Source: Akkermansia muciniphila ATCC BAA-835 (lineage in GTDB: Bacteria; Verrucomicrobiota; Verrucomicrobiia; Verrucomicrobiales; Akkermansiaceae). From it: a DNA stretch of 32,000 bases. Shown one piece after another: positions 19,194-25,492 of the stretch. The notes beneath the pieces are model-generated. The model had not been told where the DNA came from, made no database searches, and was given only the letters and a program-made list of their open reading frames with translations. Position numbers and translations under genes: made by a program. Location: positions 360,001 through 392,000 of the forward strand of contig NC_010655.1 of assembly GCF_000020225.1 (NCBI RefSeq), written 5' to 3'. Each line of letters starts with the position of its first letter. The first letter of the stretch is position 1.

Positions 19194-19209
19194 AGCAACG
19201 AGAAAAAAA

Positions 19210-20443
19210 TTAAAGGTTCTCCAGCATCTGCCGGGTGACGGTGTAGAAGCGTCCGACTTTCCGACTCTCGACGTATGAGGGTTCGTTGAGAAACACGCCC
19301 ATCTGATAGGAGGTATAGCAGAGCGAGTTCGGTGCCGGATGCAATTTCCAGCATTCCTGTACCACTTTTCTCAGTGCCGTGCGGTCGGCCTTGACGCGCT
19401 GATAGTCGAAAAGGTTGAGGATATCGTTCATGCAGAACGAAACGGACTCAACATTCTTCGTCACCATTATGTCCATTAGCAGCTCGGCGAGTTCTATCTC
19501 CACACGGTTGCGGTTGGCGCGGATTACGCGCTGCAACGCCTCGGTGTCGGTAAGAGCAGGGTCGAACCACATACGGCTTTTCTCGGTGGTGGATAGAGGT
19601 CGCTCCGAAAGATGATGCAGAAATGCTGGAATCTCGGCTCTCACTTTGTCGAGAAATGCGGTGTCATCGTGTTGCAGCCGCTCAATCTTCCTGACCCAAT
19701 AGCGAGTTTCGCCGGGATCAATGACAACGGGAAGATGCTCGTTGTTGGAACACAGCACGAACTTGGCGAAGAAACTCACTTCCTCGCGGTCGCGTCCTTG
19801 CGCCTCCATCTTGTAATTGTAGGTGATTGAAAGGTTCTTCAGACGCTCGGAGTCCTCACGTTTATTCAGAAGCACCTCATCAACGACAATTACCAATTTC
19901 CCGTCCCAATCGGAATTGAACTGACTGCGGAAGCTCTCGTTGGTGTTGAAGGTCACGTTGGCCTCAAACATCGCTTTGAGAAAGTTGAGGAGCGTAGATT
20001 TCCCGGTGTTGCGTTCTTCCGATAAAGCAGCAGAATCGGGAGTTTCTGCAACGGTTTCGTATAGAGCAGTTGCAGGTAGTCAAGACCGAGTTCGTACTGA
20101 CTGACGAAGATGTGACGACAAGGGCTTCGATTGTCGGCCATTCTCCCGGCGTGGGGATATGGCTTATGGGCGCATATCGGTTGAGGAAATTGCCTACAAC
20201 GGGCTTGTAGTCTATGTGAGCCGGAACACAGCAGAAGCCATCATACTTGGGTACATTGGCGAAAAAATCTTTGCCATAGTCCTGACGGATGGCCTCAATG
20301 CTCCACGGCATACGGTATTCCACAAGTTCGCCTGTGGCGTTGGGACGCATCACAATCTTGTAGTAGGTCGTGGCGATACGCACAAAGCGGTCTTCGGGTA
20401 GGTCAGTAGATTGTGCATTGTTTTCTTTCATTGGCTCAGTCAT
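19210..20443 (-). pseudogene. Primase C-terminal/SF3-helicase-like (DUF5906/VirE-like) replication protein with at least 2 frameshifts
   Basis: Three consecutive minus-strand frames carry one protein: MTEPMKEN ... PGEWPTIEAL | RHIFVSQYELGLDYLQLLYTKPLQKLPILLL | SEERNTGKSTLLNFLKAMFEANVTFNTNESFRSQFNSDWDGKLVIVVDEV ... Walker A NTGKST is at 19993-20016 and Walker B VVDEV lies downstream. Frame changes are at about 20112-20124 and about 20018-20028. The start overlaps the excisionase stop (ATGACTGA). Confidence 0.75.
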
Positions 20444-20756
20444 TTTTAGAGTTGAGAATATCGGATACCTCACTCTGGCGATAACGGACACTGTTGTTCA
20501 CTTTGACAGGGGTGAGTTTACCGCGTTTGGTGAAATTCCAGACGGAGGTTTCTCCTATGCCGAGTTGGGCGTACACCTCTTTCTTGGTGAGCAGACGGTC
20601 TTCCTCGGCTTTCATGAGGATGGGGAGAAGACGCTCGCGAGTAGCGTCGATGGTGTCAACCACAAGCTGATGGAGGTCAGCGAGGGTGACATTGAGAACA
20701 ATGTTGGGAGAGTTGGGGTCGGAGAGAGTTGCTTGAAGAAGGGTATATAGGTTCAT
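20436..20756 (-). CDS. Helix-turn-helix DNA-binding protein, excisionase (HTH_17/MerR-like) family
   Basis: 106 aa from the ATG at 20756 (MNLYTLLQ...). LLTKKEVYAQLGIGETSVWNFTKRGKLTPVKVNNSVRYRQSEVSDIL fits the excisionase-type HTH_17 pattern. The 193-aa open frame upstream of this ATG has no recognisable content. Confidence 0.72.
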   Translation of the reverse strand: MNLYTLLQATLSDPNSPNIVLNVTLADLHQLVVDTIDATRERLLPILMKAEEDRLLTKKEVYAQLGIGETSVWNFTKRGKLTPVKVNNSVRYRQSEVSDILNSKND

Positions 20757-22106
20757 TGGCTGTATGCTTGAATCTATTGAAATGAATCGCCTGATTATCT
20801 GCACTGCCAAACCTCCGGCGACGATTGAAGGCATGGCGGTGTGTCCCGGAAAGGACATAGCTGTGGCTGTCGGCCCCTTTTTCGTTGAAATCAACACAAG
20901 GGGTGCTACCGACCCTTTTGAGGTCAGCAGACGGACGCACTGCCGATTACGGGTGCCTCTGACAACCGGGCACAACCGTGGCTGTCCGCCTTGTCGGGGC
21001 AGACTTGCGTCTTGCAATGTCGCATGGGTGCAACATACGCTGAAATGTTAAGATGGAACATCGCGCGTACCGCGCTTCATAGGATATATTCCTCTACCTG
21101 CATCTTACCATATCCTATTGTCAGTCATCGCTGCCACTAAATCCACAATTATCAGCGTGCTGACAGTCTGATATAATCATCTGCGTACCAAGGAATATCC
21201 TTTCTTTCATTGAGCCATATACAGCAGCCATTCAATCCTTTGCAAACCGTTGAGCATCGCTTCCTTAGTGCGGGTTGTTATCGGTCTGCGTCTGCCGTTA
21301 TCTTAGGCTCTCTCATAGTATTCCGGGCGGCTTCAGCCGGTCGTGTTGGTAAGTATGAACACAAAAAAGTGTAGCACAGTCAGGAGCATCATTCCAATCC
21401 GATATATAAAAGTTGAATGTGTCGGACGGTGGCTCTGCCATCTTGTGTTATATAAAGATACGAAATATTTTTCGTATTTCCAAATTTTTAGATCCCTCGA
21501 CCGAAGAAAGTGCGATTTTGCCGCATTTTCCGCATCATACGACACGGCGGCAACTGCCGACAATATGCCTTGAACCAAAGATGATAACGGTGCAATGTCG
21601 CAGGTTCGTTCCCGCACACCATATGTTTCGCTCGGCAAGCGTCGGCGCACTTTGAGCAGTGCGTGAGTCATTTGTCCTCGAAGCCGGGGACTTGGGTTAT
21701 GGTCTGCCCTTGTACGGGACTTTTTAGGCACAATCCATGCTGTTTGACCGTCACCGCAGAGCTTCGATGTATAATTCCATCCGTTGATGATGGTGTGTAA
21801 TTGCTCCGCTGGGTCGCATGATGTGCCATCACAAAATACAAAACAGAGGAATGTTTCAAAAAGTTCAGCCAATCAGAAAGATTTTTCTTTCGGCGAAAAA
21901 ATCTGATTACCGATACAGCCTGACATTTGAAACGCCCCGGAATTGCGATGCAAAGATAGTAGCGATAATCGAAGCCTCCAAATAATCAGATGCCCGGTAT
22001 CGCTTCAGGTTGTACAAGTATTGCCTAATATCGCTTTTAGCTCACCATCTCCACTGTACCGCAAAGATAATATGTCTGGATCTAAACCACCAAATTTTTA
22101 GTCCCA

Positions 22107-22289
22107 CTATCCGTGAATCTCCGTTATACTTCCGAGGTTCAGCCAAAAACTTCCGACCCATTTCCGAATACCGCTTTCTTCCGGCAATTCTAAAACGAAT
22201 ATGTCCTTCACAATATCTTGCGGAGTACGGATCACTTGTCCCTTTTCAGCCAACTCCAAAACGCCTATTTTTATACTGACTTTGAGCAA
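22107..22289 (-). pseudogene. Remnant of a DUF1016/YhcG-type PDDEXK nuclease gene (fragment)
   Basis: The 60-aa ORF contains VLELAEKGQVIRTPQDIVKDIFVLELPEES. This resembles the conserved (V)LELAEKGQ-I-x-P-x-D-x-IKDPYVLEFLGLPE linker of YhcG-family proteins as I recall it. No continuation is seen in any frame, and flanking DNA lacks intact ORFs. Confidence 0.3.
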
Positions 22290-22433
22290 GCCGCATAAAA
22301 AGGCCTGAATCTATATGTCGTCGGAGAGTTCGCCCCCCCAATGCTGTGATAAACATTCATTTTCATAGAATTGATGTTCAAGCCTATCATCCAGCTCTAA
22401 AAGCTCCCACTAATGAGACCAATATCATTAACT

Positions 22434-22472
22434 TTACTTCCAAATTTATATTCAAACTAGATCTGGAAGTAA
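22434..22472 (-). terminator. Hairpin immediately after the methyltransferase stop (possible operon terminator)
   Basis: 9-bp perfect stem ttacttcca (22434-22442) / tggaagtaa (22464-22472) with a 21-nt loop, starting 2 nt after the stop codon at 22474-22476. There is no clear U-tract. Confidence 0.3.
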
Positions 22473-22473
22473 A

Positions 22474-23769
22474 TCACTGGTAATCAATCACAATTACACT
22501 TTCTCTTAGTTTGCCGATTTTATCACTTTGCTGTGGGCTGGTTTTTAAATCCCTCGCTTTTCTTATTTCGCGAACCTTAAATCCACAAGATTCTGCTATG
22601 TCAGCAATGATATAATCAACAGGAACTTCAACTCCATAGTAAGCAGAATTAGCCACATTGAAATATATGACACCCCCTTTATGCATTTTCTTTGCAAATT
22701 CCGAGAATAAAAATTGCATATCCTCAAAATAGGCACATATCATATTTGTAATATCTGTATTCCATGTATTTAACTCTTTATTAGACATCTCTAGAAGGCT
22801 ATTCTTAAGTCTTTCATTTGCTATCGGAAAGACTTTTCCATATGGAACTTGAACATGAGAACGTAATGTGTTTTTACGTAATTCACGAAGTTCCTCATAA
22901 GAGTTAATTAATTGTAAAACTTTTAGCTCTAACATATAAATATCCGTGTAATCTCTGGAGTTTAGATAGGGTGGAGAAGTAATAATCAAATCCACTTCTC
23001 TATCTGGAACCTGTTGTATGTTTTTCCGAACATCTCCCAAATAGCATATCTCAGAATTTTGTACAGATGGATTCTGTTTGGAAATGATTCTAATATCTTC
23101 TGTAAAAATTGAATTTAATCTGTCCAGAAAAAAATTATGAATATCTTTTCTACTAAAGATTCTAGTTTCCCATCCTTTCTTGTACGACAAGCACTTGCCA
23201 TTACGAAACATATTGCTTGCTTGAATGATAATCGAAGCCAATGCGATTGTAAATAAATTCTTATAATCATCATTATCAACAATCGTTCTAATGGCATGTC
23301 TTACATCAAGTATTCCATCTATAGCAGTGTCGTGAAAATTCCACTTCTTACTCTGCTCTTTTTTTACAATCGTATCGCCAAAAGGTAATGATTCTATTTT
23401 ACGTATATTTCGACTTGTACGTGACAGCTTCTTTGTTACGGCTTTAACATAATACGTAAAGGTATCGACATTATATTTTCTACCCAATTTGACCGTTGAT
23501 AGGAGATGCATAAAAGGACTGACCTCAAAAGAATAGCACTTTATTCCGTGGTTTTGCAGTTCAACAGGAGTTGTTCCGCTACCACAGAAAGGCTCTAATG
23601 CACAGGTTGGCGCAAAAGGTAATTCGCCTAGTATGTCTTCAATAAACTCCTTAGAATATCCTTCCACAAAAGGGTACCAACGATGTACAAAAACATTCTT
23701 GTTTTTGTCAAATTGCATAACCGAATGGTATTTTTCTGTGCAATCTATGAATTTATAGTCTTTGTACAT
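22474..23769 (-). CDS. Amino-DNA methyltransferase (N4-cytosine or N6-adenine; N6_N4_Mtase-like)
   Basis: 431 aa. AdoMet motif I LEPFCGSGTT (23569-23589) is preceded by HRWYPFVEGYS. Catalytic motif IV DLIITSPPYLNSRDY has SPPY at 22966-22977, about 200 aa downstream of motif I. Confidence 0.85.
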   Translation of the reverse strand: MYKDYKFIDCTEKYHSVMQFDKNKNVFVHRWYPFVEGYSKEFIEDILGELPFAPTCALEPFCGSGTTPVELQNHGIKCYSFEVSPFMHLLSTVKLGRKYNVDTFTYYVKAVTKKLSRTSRNIRKIESLPFGDTIVKKEQSKKWNFHDTAIDGILDVRHAIRTIVDNDDYKNLFTIALASIIIQASNMFRNGKCLSYKKGWETRIFSRKDIHNFFLDRLNSIFTEDIRIISKQNPSVQNSEICYLGDVRKNIQQVPDREVDLIITSPPYLNSRDYTDIYMLELKVLQLINSYEELRELRKNTLRSHVQVPYGKVFPIANERLKNSLLEMSNKELNTWNTDITNMICAYFEDMQFLFSEFAKKMHKGGVIYFNVANSAYYGVEVPVDYIIADIAESCGFKVREIRKARDLKTSPQQSDKIGKLRESVIVIDYQ

Positions 23770-23782
23770 AGTTGTTAATTAT

Positions 23783-24898
23783 TCAGTTGGGATGTTCATT
23801 TATTACTCTAAAATCATCTAATTTAATGTGTCTGTAATAAGCTGGTCTATCTTTCTTAGGTATTTGATCGATGGTCATGTCTATTCCTGTGTCAGGAAGT
23901 TCTTCGTCTCTAGCATCAAATACTGCTAAATACCCCAACTTGAAATCTTTTTCCTCGGCCAACAATTCTGTTATGTAAGAGGTTGATTGTTTAAATGCAT
24001 CAGGGACAATACGCGGTTTGGCACTATATGTGGTTCCTATTTTCTTGCCTAAATGATGAACACTAGTACCTACCCACTTGACTTCTATAAAATACAATCC
24101 CTCGCCATCTTCATCAATCATAGCAATATCCAATCTCTTCAAACTTTCTAACATGACCTCTTTCTGCACGAAGAAAACTTTTAATTTTTCCTTTAAGAAC
24201 ATACGTAAATCATCCCTAAAACAATCTTCTGGAGTATTTCTGAGTAATTGCTTATTGGCTTTGATAAACTGTTCTTCATTAAGTTCTGATTTCAAATCGG
24301 TTCGTAAAGATTTTAAATGACTTTTCTCAACAAAGAATTTAGAATAGGTATCTCTGAGTTTTAAGTGTTTTCTATATTCCTCAAGTACTCTCGGCAATTC
24401 TGAAATAGGCTTTTTACTATTGAATGAGTGTAAGGCCGAGCTTTCATAAAAAATGGAATCACCACCGTCGCGGCCGTTAACAAAATAATTAATAATGCCT
24501 TCTGAAGTCACCATAAATACAACGATACCATTCTTTGACATTTGTGTGAAAATACGTCTAGTTTCGTTGTTATCTTTGTGCAATTCGTTATCAAATTCTT
24601 GAATATTAAAATTAGAATCAATGACAATGTGGCGATTCTGAACAAACGTTGGGTCTGTAAACAACTGTTCAATAGCACTATCTGCATTATTTGTAAGATT
24701 CTGTAAGTCTTCTTCTGATATGACAATATACTTAAAACTATTGTCTGGGTGTTTATCGCACATTGTTTTTATGAGCGACTGCATAAGCTTGAAATTGTCA
24801 GTAGCTTCCAATCCATTCAATGCCGCGTCCACTATAGCTTCTTGATTACGTTTTAGCAAATCTTTAAAGTTTGCATTTTGGCTGAATCTTGTTTTCAT
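23783..24898 (-). CDS. Protein with a C-terminal PD-(D/E)xK (restriction-endonuclease-fold) nuclease motif and an unknown N-terminal domain
   Basis: 371 aa. ...PEDCFRDDLRMFLKE ... LKRLDIAMIDEDGEGLYFIEVKWVG ... QSTSYI gives the E ... D ... E-x-K ... Q layout of PD-(D/E)xK nucleases. D codons are at 24113-24130 and EVK at 24077-24085. The first ~230 aa show no motif I recognise. Confidence 0.6.
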   Translation of the reverse strand: MKTRFSQNANFKDLLKRNQEAIVDAALNGLEATDNFKLMQSLIKTMCDKHPDNSFKYIVISEEDLQNLTNNADSAIEQLFTDPTFVQNRHIVIDSNFNIQEFDNELHKDNNETRRIFTQMSKNGIVVFMVTSEGIINYFVNGRDGGDSIFYESSALHSFNSKKPISELPRVLEEYRKHLKLRDTYSKFFVEKSHLKSLRTDLKSELNEEQFIKANKQLLRNTPEDCFRDDLRMFLKEKLKVFFVQKEVMLESLKRLDIAMIDEDGEGLYFIEVKWVGTSVHHLGKKIGTTYSAKPRIVPDAFKQSTSYITELLAEEKDFKLGYLAVFDARDEELPDTGIDMTIDQIPKKDRPAYYRHIKLDDFRVINEHPN

Positions 24899-24904
24899 AA
24901 CCTG

Positions 24905-25492
24905 CTACTTTATAATTTCGCTAAAAACATACTCAAAATATAACTCTATGTATTTTTCATCGCTGATAGCTGATGCGTCGTCAAGAGTTTGTTCAAAAGC
25001 GATTTTGAAATCTTTGAGGACTTTTAGTGTTTCGCTATCTGGTGATGATGTATCTATGCCATCAATATTGTTAGTTTGAGATGCGTTTTCATAAGATGGG
25101 TCATTAACGATGAAACCAAATAATCGTTTTTCGCCGTATTTGCCTAACATATACATAATAGTTTTCAGCCATTCAACTTTTTCTTGATTCAAAGGAATCT
25201 CCTTCTTAGAACATAAAACCAATCCACCCTCCTCTTCACGTAATTTTAAAGAACTTCTTAGGAAAACTAAACTCCGTTCAATCAAATCTGAATATGGACC
25301 GAAAGTTGTTACTGTAAAATGGTAATATGAAAATATATTTTCTCCTTCATGCTTGAATGAATAGAGAACTTGTACCAAATACAATATTCTTTGGAAAGAT
25401 TGTTCTGAAACCGCCCCCCAACCCATACTTTTGGCTATGGTTGAGACTGTTACAATATCTTCATTTGCTCTTATCAAATTCTTTTCTAGCAT
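24905..25492 (-). CDS. Small helical protein (candidate 'middle component'/adaptor; weak DUF4065/Panacea-like N-terminal pattern)
   Basis: 195 aa. The start overlaps the ATPase stop (ATGCTAG, 25486-25492). FQRILYLVQVLYSF ... FTVTTFGPYSDLIERSLVFL resembles the LQKLLYxAQ ... W-x-GP-(V/Y)-S pattern of DUF4065-type proteins. No catalytic motif. Acidic, low-complexity C-terminal third. Confidence 0.55.
   Translation of the reverse strand: MLEKNLIRANEDIVTVSTIAKSMGWGAVSEQSFQRILYLVQVLYSFKHEGENIFSYYHFTVTTFGPYSDLIERSLVFLRSSLKLREEEGGLVLCSKKEIPLNQEKVEWLKTIMYMLGKYGEKRLFGFIVNDPSYENASQTNNIDGIDTSSPDSETLKVLKDFKIAFEQTLDDASAISDEKYIELYFEYVFSEIIK

Noticed and set aside
18900-19209. Repeat-rich AT block considered as a CRISPR array
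   Set aside because: The repeats are 8-10 nt, irregularly spaced and in mixed orientation. There is no 25-40 nt repeat/spacer periodicity, so this is not CRISPR.
21594-21621. tRNA 3'-end-like string gcaggttcgttcccgcacacca (a possible att remnant)
   Set aside because: The T-arm cannot be paired properly (gcagg versus cccgc has a mismatch and the loop length is wrong), and no acceptor-stem partner exists upstream. This is probably coincidence.
21333-21872. 179-aa minus-strand ORF (and overlapping 60-80-aa ORFs) in the island
   Set aside because: No motif is recognised and composition is erratic. It lies in a region with gene remnants on both sides. The IINGWNY segment vaguely recalls group II intron maturase motifs, but I found no GUGYG 5' end and no domain V-like hairpin.
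21870-21912. Imperfect hairpin aatcagaaagatttttc ... gaaaaaatctgatt
   Set aside because: The stem is bulged, there is no adjacent intact gene on either strand and no clean U-tract. It cannot be assigned a role.
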